From assembly GCA_965247095.1 (NCBI GenBank), contig OZ251997.1, positions 1,248,001-1,312,000 of the forward strand: a DNA stretch of 64,000 bases, given 5' to 3'. The stretch's first letter is position 1, and each line of letters begins with the position of its first letter. A model generated the notes under the pieces. The model saw only the letters and a program-made list of their open reading frames with translations. It had not been told where the DNA came from and did not search any database. Both the position numbers and the translations under genes were made by a program. Below are positions 19,896 through 29,247 of this stretch, in pieces. Origin of the DNA: Candidatus Multivorans sp. Lineage in GTDB: Bacteria > Acidobacteriota > Thermoanaerobaculia > Multivoradales > Multivoraceae.

Positions 19896-21440
19896 TCAGG
19901 GTACTTCGATGACCGAGTAGAACCGCTGGCCGCCAGGAACCACCGCCTCGACACGGACCAGGTCACCGGAATTCAGACCGGACATCGCCTGCTCCACGTC
20001 ATCCAGATCGCGAATCGCGGTGTCGTCGATGCCGGTGATCACGAACCCCGCCTGGAATCCCCGCTCGGCGAAGACGCTGCGGGCCGAGACATCCGACACG
20101 AACACCCCCCGCTGCCGCCGGTCCAGGCCGGAGCGCTCCCGAAGATTCGAGGTCAGAGGCCGCAACTCCAGACCAAGCCACTCCATGCTTTCGTCCCGCG
20201 TCGGCGCCGGCCTGACAGAGTCGTTCTCGGCAACCTGGGGCGGACGTTCCTCCAGCACGATGTCGCGCTTGATCCGCTTGAAGTCGCGGAGGATCTCCAG
20301 TTCGACTCCCTCACCGGGCGCCAGCGCCGCCACGTAGTCGATCAGATCGCGCGTGCCCACGACCTCGTGGTCGTCGACGCCGAGGATCACGTCTCCGGAT
20401 TCGACTCCAGCCTTCTCCGCCGGCGTGTCCGGCTGCACGCCCTGCACCAGGGCGCCGTTCGGCTCGTCCAACTTGTAGTAACGCGCTTCGATGTGCTCCA
20501 GGTCGCGGATCTGCACGCCCAGATAGCCCCGCCGGACCCGGCCCTCGTCCCGCAACTGCGGAAGCACTCCCTCGAGGACATCCACCGGCACGGCGAAGCC
20601 GATGTTCTCGGCCCACGCCATCGCGGTGGCGATTCCGACAACCTCGCCGGCGGTGTTCACCAGCGGTCCTCCGGAGTTTCCCCGGTTGATCGCGGCGTCG
20701 GTCTGGATGTAGTTCGCGAAGCTGCTGTCCCCACGCTCGATACCGAACGAGCGCCCCTTCGCGCTGACCACGCCCACCGTCACGGATGCCTCGAAGCTCA
20801 GCGGGCTGCCGATCGCCATGATCCAGTCGCCGACCCGCAGTTCTTCCGAGTCTCCGAGCGAAAGGAACGGCAGTTCCTCGTCCACGGCGATCTTGATCAG
20901 AGCCAGGTCCGTCTCCTTGTCGCGGCCCCGGACCTCCGCCTCGTACTCGCGCCCGTCGAGACGGACCGTGATGTCGTCCGCCCCGTCGATCACGTGGTTG
21001 TTCGTCACGATCCAGCCGTCGGCGGAGATCAGGAAGCCGCTCCCCGCGCCCTGAAGCCGTTGCTCGTCCGGTTCAGCCTCGCGATCCGGCTGGCGCTGGA
21101 ACGGATTGCGGCGGAAGAAGAAGTCGGACGCCGAACTCTCTTCGATCCTCGCCACTTCGACTGTGACCACGGCCGGCAGCACCGCCTCCGCCAAATCGGC
21201 GAAGCTCTCGATCGACGTCCTGGCGTGGCCTTCGACCCGCCTCGCCTGCGCGCTGCTTGAGTCCTCCTCCGAAGCCGCCGCGATCCGACCAGCCTCCTCG
21301 GCCCGGGTCGGTTCCGTGAGGTTCAGGCCGCCGGCGATGATCATGCCGAAGACCAGGGCGCCGAAGACCATCAGGGCGGTAAAGAGGAGCTGTTTCTTCG
21401 TATTCATCGTCAGGAGTACCTCGTTGAAGAAGGGAAGCAT
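19896..21440 (-). CDS. HtrA/DegP (Do) serine protease with PDZ domains
   Basis: GSGF, VTNNHV, TDLAL, IQTDAAINRGNSGGPL; start may be ATG 21407. Confidence 0.93.
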   Translation of the reverse strand: MLPFFNEVLLTMNTKKQLLFTALMVFGALVFGMIIAGGLNLTEPTRAEEAGRIAAASEEDSSSAQARRVEGHARTSIESFADLAEAVLPAVVTVEVARIEESSASDFFFRRNPFQRQPDREAEPDEQRLQGAGSGFLISADGWIVTNNHVIDGADDITVRLDGREYEAEVRGRDKETDLALIKIAVDEELPFLSLGDSEELRVGDWIMAIGSPLSFEASVTVGVVSAKGRSFGIERGDSSFANYIQTDAAINRGNSGGPLVNTAGEVVGIATAMAWAENIGFAVPVDVLEGVLPQLRDEGRVRRGYLGVQIRDLEHIEARYYKLDEPNGALVQGVQPDTPAEKAGVESGDVILGVDDHEVVGTRDLIDYVAALAPGEGVELEILRDFKRIKRDIVLEERPPQVAENDSVRPAPTRDESMEWLGLELRPLTSNLRERSGLDRRQRGVFVSDVSARSVFAERGFQAGFVITGIDDTAIRDLDDVEQAMSGLNSGDLVRVEAVVPGGQRFYSVIEVP

Positions 21441-21675
21441 ACAACCGTCGCGGCCGCCCTCCCCACGCGGGTGCGGTCGGCCGCGCCGCTAACGTGCAAT
21501 CCGCCTGCCAACCCGGGAACGGTTGCCCGCCCCAACCATCAGTTGTATAGTCTGCGCCCAACTGCCGGCGCTTCTCCCACGCTTCTCCCAGAAGAGGGGG
21601 GATCGCCTCTGAGATCGGGGACAGTCTTCGGCCTCCGGGGCGCGCGAATCCGCCGAAAACCGGCAGGCGGCTGCT

Positions 21676-21709
21676 GAGAGTGGGTGCTTCGGCCCGCTCT
21701 CTTTTGTTT
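21676..21709 (+). promoter_or_regulatory. rimP-leader terminator/attenuator hairpin
   Basis: GAGAGTGGG-tgcttcgg-CCCGCTCTC-TTTTGTTT upstream of rimP, matching the widely conserved rimP leader; candidate -10 TATAGT at 21546-21551. Confidence 0.7.
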
Positions 21710-21865
21710 AGGGACCCCTCAGTTCTAGAGACCCATTCTTCGTTCCAGAGACCCGTCAGCGAGACCACCACCCGAAACCGTATGCCCTCTCCCCAACCCA
21801 CCTCCGATCTCCAGGCGCCCTATGGACCGCCAGCCGTCGGATCGGTTTCGGGACCGCGCCACGCC

Positions 21866-22333
21866 ATGGGAACCGCCATCGACTCCGACCTTCTTGGGCG
21901 CCTCGAGCGCCTCGTAGCGAGCTACTCCTGCGAATTGCTCGACGCCGCTTTTCGAGGCGGCAGCCTGCGGTTGGTGATCGACCACCCAGACGGCGTGACC
22001 CACGAGCACTGCGCCGGCGTTTCCAGAGAGGCGTCCGTCCTCCTCGACGCGGAGGACTTCGGCCCGACCTCCGGCTACCTGCTGGAAGTCAGTTCGCCGG
22101 GCCTCGACCGCGAACTCTACTCACCGGGCGACTACGAACGCTTCCGCGGACGGCGGGCCAAGGTGACCTTCACCGACGCCGCGACGGGAAGCCGGCGCAC
22201 GGTGCGTGGTCTCCTGGAGGGTCTGAGCGCCGAGGCTCCAGGTGTCGCACTCATCCTCGAGGACGACAGCGGCGACACTTTGCCCCTAACCATCGACAGC
22301 ATTCACAAGGCCAGACTACTGGTCGAACTCTGA
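21866..22333 (+). CDS. rimP: Ribosome maturation factor RimP
   Basis: LRLVID...GVTHEHC, YLLEVSSPGLDREL; upstream of nusA; start uncertain (21782 or 21866). Confidence 0.92.
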   Translation: MGTAIDSDLLGRLERLVASYSCELLDAAFRGGSLRLVIDHPDGVTHEHCAGVSREASVLLDAEDFGPTSGYLLEVSSPGLDRELYSPGDYERFRGRRAKVTFTDAATGSRRTVRGLLEGLSAEAPGVALILEDDSGDTLPLTIDSIHKARLLVEL

Positions 22334-22350
22334 CTCCGGGGACTCTGACA

Positions 22351-23790
22351 ATGGCTCAGCCACACACTCCCGAAGTGAACATCAACGAGGTCCTCAGGCA
22401 GGTCGCCCACGAGAAGGACATCGATCTCGACCGGTGGATCGTCGCCCTCGAGGACGCGGTGGCCTCCGCGGCCAAGAAGCAGCACCACATCAAGGAGCCG
22501 GTGCGCTCCTACATGGACCGAGAGACCGGCCAGTTCAGCGCCTTCCTCTACCGGCAGGTGGTGGAAGAGGTTGAAGACCCCTTCGCCGAGTGGACCCTCG
22601 AAGAGGCCCGCGAGCACAAGGAGGACGCCGAGATCGGCGAGGAGATCGAGCTCCCGATCTCCACCGATGGGCTCGGACGGATCGCCGCCCAGTCGGCGAA
22701 GCAGGTGCTCTACCAGCGTGTCCGGGAAGCCGAACGGGAGAAGATCTTCGGCGAGTTCGAGAATCGCGTCGGCGAAGTGGTCAACGGCACGGTGCGACGC
22801 TTCGAGCGCGGCGACATCATCGTCGACCTCGGCCGCACCGAGGCGATCGTTCCCCGCAGCGAGCAGTCCCGCCACGAGCGCTACAGCCAGGGTGAGCGAA
22901 TCCGCGGAGTGATCGTCGAGGTCCACAAGCAGCCCAAGGGACCTCAGATCGTGATGTCCCGCACCGACCCCCGCCTGCTGGTCAAGCTGTTCGAGATGGA
23001 AGTGCCCGAGATCTACGACGGCACCGTGGTGATCAAGACCGCGGTGCGCGCTCCCGGCGAACGCGCCAAGGTCGCCGTCATGAGCCGGGAACGCGATGTC
23101 GACCCGGTCGGCGCCTGCGTCGGCATGAAGGGATCGCGCGTGCAGTCGATCATCCGCGAACTCCGCGGCGAGAAGATCGACATCATCGAGTACTCGGAAG
23201 ACCAGGTGACCTTCGCGCAGAGCGCCCTGGCGCCGGCGCGGATCACCCGCGTATCGGTGACCCACGCGGGCGCCACTCCGCACCTCGACGTGATCGTCGA
23301 GGACGAGCAGCTCTCGCTTGCGATCGGCAAGCGGGGCCAGAACGTGCGCCTGGCCAGTGAACTCATCGGCGCCAGAATCGACATCAAGAGCGAAACGGAC
23401 GTCAAGGACGAGGTCGCCGACGCGTTGGCCAGGATGCTGAACGTCGACCGCGGCGCGGACGAGCTCGACCTGACCGAGATTCCGGGCGTCGACGGGGACA
23501 TCGCAGCCGCCCTCTCCGGGGCAGGCTTAGGTGAACTCGAGGCCCTCGAGAACGCCGGTGTGCAGGCTCTGACGATGGTTCCGGGGGTCGACGACACTTT
23601 GGCTGCGGCGATTCTCGAGTGGGCGGCCGAACGCTCCGGGTCTGCCGGGGCCGAAGACGCCGCCGCGGAGAGCGACAGCCCCGCGATGGACGAAGACGAT
23701 TTCATGGCGGCGCTGACACGCGTGCTCGAGGAAGAGACCGGTAACGCCGACGAGGGCGGCGACAACGACACGGGGAACGGCGCAGCCTAG
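22351..23790 (+). CDS. nusA: Transcription factor NusA
   Basis: GRIAAQSAKQ, DPVGACVGMKGSR, LSLAIGKRGQNVRLA. Confidence 0.97.
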   Translation: MAQPHTPEVNINEVLRQVAHEKDIDLDRWIVALEDAVASAAKKQHHIKEPVRSYMDRETGQFSAFLYRQVVEEVEDPFAEWTLEEAREHKEDAEIGEEIELPISTDGLGRIAAQSAKQVLYQRVREAEREKIFGEFENRVGEVVNGTVRRFERGDIIVDLGRTEAIVPRSEQSRHERYSQGERIRGVIVEVHKQPKGPQIVMSRTDPRLLVKLFEMEVPEIYDGTVVIKTAVRAPGERAKVAVMSRERDVDPVGACVGMKGSRVQSIIRELRGEKIDIIEYSEDQVTFAQSALAPARITRVSVTHAGATPHLDVIVEDEQLSLAIGKRGQNVRLASELIGARIDIKSETDVKDEVADALARMLNVDRGADELDLTEIPGVDGDIAAALSGAGLGELEALENAGVQALTMVPGVDDTLAAAILEWAAERSGSAGAEDAAAESDSPAMDEDDFMAALTRVLEEETGNADEGGDNDTGNGAA

Positions 23791-23831
23791 GGGCGCCTGA
23801 GCCGATACGACGACGGGGAACCGAGGACTCA

Positions 23832-26237
23832 ATGGCAAAAATCCGGCTGCAGGATCTGGCCAAGCGGATGAACGTGGCCGAACAGGACTTGCTGTTCAAG
23901 TTCCGATCGATCGGTGTTCGCGTAGAAGGCGAAGACGCGATGATCGACACGGAAATCATCAAGGCCCTGCTGGAAGGCAAGAAGATCGCCGGTCCCCAGC
24001 GCGAGGTCATCCTGCGCGACCGCGCGGCGCCACCGGCCGCGCCCCGGCGCCGTCCCATTTCTAGCCTCAGGCCGCCTTCCGGGCCGATGCGCCCGAATCG
24101 ACGGCGACAGGTCGTCCACAAGCACATGATCCGCACCCTGACGCCGGCCGAGTCGAAGCCGAAGCCGCCGACGCCGGAGGAGATCGCTGCAAAGGAGATC
24201 GCGGCCGAGGAGGCCGCCAGGCCGGGCACGCCGGTGCCGGGAAGCCGGGATACGCCACCGCCGCCAGCCGAGACCCCAGCCGCCGCTCCGACTGCCACGC
24301 CGACATCGTCCCCGGCAGCGCCGCCGCCCGCGGTGGCGCCGCCCGCCCCGTCTACGGCGCCCTCGGAAGCTCGGGCAGCGGCGCCTCCTGCCCTCGATCT
24401 GCGCAGCCGCCGGGAGCGCCAGCAAGAGCGGCGGGCCGAGACGGCTGCCGAGGACGGCCCGCGCCGCACTCTGACCGTGTCGGACGGCCTGCTGGTCCGG
24501 GACCTGGCCGAGAAGATGGGCGTCAAGACGAAGGACCTGCTCAAGATGCTGTTCGAGCGCGGCGTCATGGCGACGGTAAACCACGTCCTGGAACCGGAAG
24601 TGGCGGTCGAACTCGCGGAGCAGATGGGTTTCGACGCCCTGGTCGTCTCCTTCGAAGAGGAAATCCAGTTCGAGCATGAGGAAGAACTGGAGGCCAGCGG
24701 CGAGAGCGCCGATGGGACGGCCGAGGTCGAGCGACCGCCGATCGTGACCATCATGGGCCACGTCGATCACGGCAAGACCTCCCTGCTCGACGCGATCCGC
24801 AAGTCCAGGCTCACCGAAGCCGAGTTCGGCGGGATCACGCAGCACATCGCGGCCTACCAGGTCGAGCACGGCGATGGTCGCATCACGTTCCTCGACACCC
24901 CCGGCCACGAAGCGTTCACCCTGCTCCGGGCCCGGGGCGCCAAGGTCACGGACATGGTGGTCCTGGTCGTTGCCGCAGACGACGGCGTGATGCCCCAGAC
25001 CCTTGAAGCGCTCGACCACGCCCGCGCCGCGTCGGTGCCGATCCTGGTTGCGATCAACAAGATCGACCGGCCGAACGCCAACGTCGACCGGGTCAAGCAG
25101 CAGTTGGCGGAACGCGACCTCATGGTCGAGGACTGGGGCGGCGACGTGATCGCGGTGCCGATCTCCGCCCTCAAGGGCGAGGGAATCGGCGATCTGATCG
25201 AGATGCTCACGCTGACCGCGGAGGTGGCGGAGCTTCGGGCAAATCCGGAGTTGCAGGCCCAGGGCGTCGTGATCGAAGCGAGCAAGGAAACCGGCCGCGG
25301 CCCGGTCGCGACGATCCTGGTTCAGAACGGCACTCTCCGCGTCGGCGACGTCTTCGTCTGCGGTTCGACCTGGGGCCGGGTCCGGTCTCTCATGAACGAT
25401 CTGGGCAAGCGGGTCAAGGAAGCTCCGCCGTCCATGCCGGTCGAGGTCGCGGGCTTCAACGGTCTTCCCGACGCGGGCGACTCGTTCCAGGTCGCAGCCA
25501 GGGAGGCGAAGGCTCGCTCGATCGCCCAGTTCCGGAGCGAGGAGAAGCGTCGCGTCGAACTCGCTCCCACCGCGAGCGGCGTTTCCCTCGAAAGCCTGTT
25601 CGCGAGTCTGAAGGAAGGCGAGGTCAAGGAACTGTCCGTCATCCTCAAGGCCGACGTCCAGGGATCGGTCGAGGTGCTCCGGGATACGCTGCAGAAGGTC
25701 TCGACGGACAAGGTCAAGGTAAACGTGATCCGCGCCGCGGTCGGCGCCGTGACCACGCACGATGTGCTCCTGGCATCGGCTGGGGGAGCGATCATCTACG
25801 GCTTCAACATCCGCCCCGAGCGCAACGCCGCCGACCTTGCCGCCAAGGAAGATGTCGAGGTGCGGCTGCATACGGTGATCTACGAGCTGACGGAAGAACT
25901 CCTTGCGGCGATGACCGGACTGCTGGAGCCGATCTACCGAGAAATCTCCATGGGCCGCGCCGAGGTGCGCGAGGTCTTCAAGGTGCCCAAGGTCGGCATG
26001 GTCGCCGGCTGCCACGTGGTCGCGGGTGTCATCCCGCGCCGCGCGCAGATTCGCCTGGTACGCGACAGCGTGGTCGTCCACGAGGGCAAGATCGGCTCGC
26101 TGCGCCGATTCAAGGAGGACACGGCGGAGGTGCGCAGCGGCTTCGATTGCGGTATCGGCATCGACCGCTATCAGGACGTCAAACCCGGCGATCTGATCGA
26201 GGCCTTCGACCACGAAGCCGTCGCCCCGACCCTCTGA
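23832..26237 (+). CDS. infB: Translation initiation factor IF-2
   Basis: RPPIVTIMGHVDHGKT, GGITQH, DTPGH, NKID. Confidence 0.97.
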   Translation: MAKIRLQDLAKRMNVAEQDLLFKFRSIGVRVEGEDAMIDTEIIKALLEGKKIAGPQREVILRDRAAPPAAPRRRPISSLRPPSGPMRPNRRRQVVHKHMIRTLTPAESKPKPPTPEEIAAKEIAAEEAARPGTPVPGSRDTPPPPAETPAAAPTATPTSSPAAPPPAVAPPAPSTAPSEARAAAPPALDLRSRRERQQERRAETAAEDGPRRTLTVSDGLLVRDLAEKMGVKTKDLLKMLFERGVMATVNHVLEPEVAVELAEQMGFDALVVSFEEEIQFEHEEELEASGESADGTAEVERPPIVTIMGHVDHGKTSLLDAIRKSRLTEAEFGGITQHIAAYQVEHGDGRITFLDTPGHEAFTLLRARGAKVTDMVVLVVAADDGVMPQTLEALDHARAASVPILVAINKIDRPNANVDRVKQQLAERDLMVEDWGGDVIAVPISALKGEGIGDLIEMLTLTAEVAELRANPELQAQGVVIEASKETGRGPVATILVQNGTLRVGDVFVCGSTWGRVRSLMNDLGKRVKEAPPSMPVEVAGFNGLPDAGDSFQVAAREAKARSIAQFRSEEKRRVELAPTASGVSLESLFASLKEGEVKELSVILKADVQGSVEVLRDTLQKVSTDKVKVNVIRAAVGAVTTHDVLLASAGGAIIYGFNIRPERNAADLAAKEDVEVRLHTVIYELTEELLAAMTGLLEPIYREISMGRAEVREVFKVPKVGMVAGCHVVAGVIPRRAQIRLVRDSVVVHEGKIGSLRRFKEDTAEVRSGFDCGIGIDRYQDVKPGDLIEAFDHEAVAPTL

Positions 26238-26241
26238 TCCC

Positions 26242-26577
26242 GTGACATCCGTATCCCAGGCCCGCGCACGCGATCTGCTGCGCCGGGAGTTGACTGACAT
26301 TCTGCGGCGCGAAGTCCAGGATCCCCGAGCGGCTCTCGCCAGCATCGCCGATCTGACCCTGAGTACGGATCGCGGTCACGCGCGCATCCTGCTCTCCGTG
26401 CTTGGCGACGACGATGAACGCCAGACGGCGATCAGAGCCGTGCAACGGGCAGCCGGCTTCATTCGCGGCCGCCTGGGGCGGCGCCTGCGTCTGAAGCGGA
26501 CGCCGGAGCTCCACTTCGAACTCTACCGCGGCGCGGAACACGCCGAGCGGATCGACCAGCTCCTGAGTGAGTTGTGA
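26242..26577 (+). CDS. rbfA: Ribosome-binding factor A
   Basis: VQDPR...AAGFIR...LKRTPELHF; conserved gene order. Confidence 0.9.
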   Translation: MTSVSQARARDLLRRELTDILRREVQDPRAALASIADLTLSTDRGHARILLSVLGDDDERQTAIRAVQRAAGFIRGRLGRRLRLKRTPELHFELYRGAEHAERIDQLLSEL

Positions 26578-27605
26578 ACGCTGGAAGCCTCTCCCCTACC
26601 GTCCCCGAGGAGTTCGTCGCCGCCCTGCGCGGCGGCAGGAGTTTCCTGCTCTCCAGCCACACCCATCCGGACGGCGACGCAATCGGCTCCGAGGTGGCGC
26701 TCGCGCGGATCCTCCGATCGACCGGACGATCCGCCACGATCTGGAACGTCGATCCGGCCCCGGCAACCTATGCCGGCGTCATCGGAGACACGCCCATTCA
26801 CGTCGGCCGGACGCCGCCGCCCGGCTTTCCCGGCGGCTTCGATTTCGCGCTGCCGCTCGAGTGTCCCCAGCTCGACCGCACCGGCCTCGAACAGGCGCTC
26901 TGCCGGATGAAGCTCCTGAACATGGACCATCACCTGGGCAACCGTCTCTACGGAGCGGCCAACTGGGTCGACACCGAGGCGCCGGCCGTGGCCGAGATGG
27001 TGCTCCACCTGGCGCATGCCTTAGACGCCCCCATCGACGCGGCAACCGCGAACGCGCTCTACCTCGGGCTCTCGACCGATACCGGCAGCTTCCGGTACTC
27101 CAATGCCACCCCGCGGGCCTTCGACGCGGCCGCTGAACTCGTCCGCTGCGGCGCCCGCCCGGAGCAGATCGCCGGGTGGCTCTACGAGTCCCAGCCGCCC
27201 GGCGCTGTACGGCTGCTGGGCGAGATGCTTGGAACGCTGGAACTCCACTGCGACGGGCGCGTCGCCAGCGTTCGGCTTGAGTTGCAGATGTTCGAACGGG
27301 CCGGCGCGGCGGCGACGGACTCCGAAGGCCTGATCGACTACCCGCGGTCGATCCGCGGCGTCGAGGCGGTGGCGCTGTTCCGCGAACGCCCCGAAGGAGA
27401 CGTCAAGGTCTCCCTGCGCAGCCGCGGCAAGGTCGATGTCGGGACGATCGCCAGCCGGCGCGGCGGCGGCGGCCATCGCAACGCCGCCGGCTGTCTGATC
27501 GACGGGGGGACGGACGAGTCCGCAGTGATCGCCGAATTGGCGGCCGCGGTCGAGGCGACCATGGGGAGTTCCCGGCACGCGACGGTTTCGGAGGACGCGA
27601 CGTGA
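26574..27605 (+). CDS. nrnA: DHH/DHHA1 phosphoesterase (NrnA-like nanoRNase/pAp phosphatase)
   Basis: HTHPDGDAIGS, MDHH, TDTGSF, SLRS, GGGGH. Confidence 0.88.
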   Translation: MNAGSLSPTVPEEFVAALRGGRSFLLSSHTHPDGDAIGSEVALARILRSTGRSATIWNVDPAPATYAGVIGDTPIHVGRTPPPGFPGGFDFALPLECPQLDRTGLEQALCRMKLLNMDHHLGNRLYGAANWVDTEAPAVAEMVLHLAHALDAPIDAATANALYLGLSTDTGSFRYSNATPRAFDAAAELVRCGARPEQIAGWLYESQPPGAVRLLGEMLGTLELHCDGRVASVRLELQMFERAGAAATDSEGLIDYPRSIRGVEAVALFRERPEGDVKVSLRSRGKVDVGTIASRRGGGGHRNAAGCLIDGGTDESAVIAELAAAVEATMGSSRHATVSEDAT

Positions 27606-28549
27606 CCCAGGGACCCGAGCGCCACGGCCTGCTCCTGGTCGACAAGCGACCGGGAGGCACTTCCCACGACGTGGTAAAGGCAGCGCGGCGCGCGCTGGGC
27701 GAGCGGAAGATCGGTCACTGCGGCACCCTCGATCCGAACGCCACCGGCCTGCTGCTGCTGACCGTCGGCCGCGGCACCCGTCTGACCCGCTTTCTGATCG
27801 GCGCGCCCAAGGTCTACGAAGGCGAGATCCGGTTCGGCGTCGCCACGGACACCTACGACGCGGCCGGCCAGGTGACCCTCGAGGGCAGCACCGCGGACCT
27901 GACGCACGAGCAGGTCATTCGGGCAATGCGCGACTTCGAGGGATCGCAGCACCAGTTGCCGCCGCCCTACTCGGCCAAGAAGATCGGCGGTCGCAAGTAC
28001 TATGAACTCGCGCGCCGGGGAGAGGAGTTCGAACGCCAGGGCAAGGACGTCGAGATCTTCCAGTTCGAGGCGACCGGCCCGCTGGGAGGACCTGGCCCCG
28101 ACCGGATCCCCTTCCGGCTGAGTTGCTCCACGGGGGCCTATGCGCGCTCGCTCGCCCACGACCTGGGCGAGCAGCTCGGCTGCGGCGGGCATCTTGCGAC
28201 ACTCCGCCGACTTCGCATCGGCTCCTTCGAGCTCGAAGCCGCGCTCGACGCGGAACGGCTCGAGGCGGTCGAGCGAGGCGCCGAACCGCTCGCGACCAGC
28301 GATCTGGGAGTCGCCTGGGTACCCTTCGACGACATTCCTCTCCCCTTTCCCCGCGTCACGATGGACGCGACCCAGGAACGCCGCATCGCCCACGGACAGT
28401 CCGTGCTGGCGCCGGGAAGCGAGGCCGAAGAGGGAGACTGGGTACAGATTACGGACAACCGCGGGCGGTTCCTCGCCGTGGGCGCCGTCGCGGAGCGGAT
28501 CGGCGACCGCGGCCTCGCCGTCGTGCAGCCGAAGATCGTCTTCCAGTAG
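27602..28549 (+). CDS. truB: tRNA pseudouridine-55 synthase
   Basis: VDKRPGGTSHDVV, GHCGTLDP, PPPYSAKK. Confidence 0.95.
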   Translation: MTQGPERHGLLLVDKRPGGTSHDVVKAARRALGERKIGHCGTLDPNATGLLLLTVGRGTRLTRFLIGAPKVYEGEIRFGVATDTYDAAGQVTLEGSTADLTHEQVIRAMRDFEGSQHQLPPPYSAKKIGGRKYYELARRGEEFERQGKDVEIFQFEATGPLGGPGPDRIPFRLSCSTGAYARSLAHDLGEQLGCGGHLATLRRLRIGSFELEAALDAERLEAVERGAEPLATSDLGVAWVPFDDIPLPFPRVTMDATQERRIAHGQSVLAPGSEAEEGDWVQITDNRGRFLAVGAVAERIGDRGLAVVQPKIVFQ

Positions 28550-28607
28550 CGCCGCCAAACGCCTCACAGAGAGCGACTTTGGAGAAACGCGCCGGTAGCC
28601 TGACCGT

Positions 28608-28616
28608 GCTACACTG
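28608..28616 (+). promoter_or_regulatory. Putative extended -10 promoter of rpsO
   Basis: TGcTACACT about 100 nt upstream of the rpsO GTG. Confidence 0.45.
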
Positions 28617-28716
28617 CGCGCCGCGAAAGGACAGAGGAACGACGAAGGAACCGTAAGAAGGCAACACAGAGAAACCAACCAGAACGGAACAAGCAGAGTC
28701 AGCGAGGAATCAGAGA

Positions 28717-28986
28717 GTGCCACAGACAACCGTAGTGAAAGACGAGATCATCCGTGACTTCCGTGTCCACGAGACGGACACGGGATCCCCCGAGGTCCAG
28801 GTCGCGCTCCTGACGAATCGCATCAACGAACTCACCGAGCACTTCAAGGTCCACAAGCACGACCATCATGGCCGTCGCGGTCTGCTGAAGATGGTCGGGC
28901 GCCGCCGTCGGCTGCTCGGCTACCTCCGCAGCCAGAGCTTCGAGCGCTACCGGACGACGATCGAGCGCCTCGGAATTCGCAGGTAG
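28717..28986 (+). CDS. rpsO: 30S ribosomal protein S15
   Basis: [35 protein letters not shown]. Confidence 0.97.
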   Translation: MPQTTVVKDEIIRDFRVHETDTGSPEVQVALLTNRINELTEHFKVHKHDHHGRRGLLKMVGRRRRLLGYLRSQSFERYRTTIERLGIRR

Positions 28987-29247
28987 CGAGCATCCGCAGG
29001 TAGACCCCAGAGCCCGGAGCCGCCAGTCGGTTCCGCCTCTCCGGAACCGACCGGTTCGCCCGACAGGTGAGTTCGGATCCGACAACGGATCCAACAGACG
29101 AGACTTCCCGTTCCGGGAAGGAAGTCGCAGGAAGGAAGCCGAAGTGCTCTTCGGGTCACTCCCCCGAACATTCGCCGATGAAGGCACATGCCCGCCACTC
29201 AAGTCGCCGGGCGCAAACAACAGAGTAAGGAAGACAAGAGAACAGCA

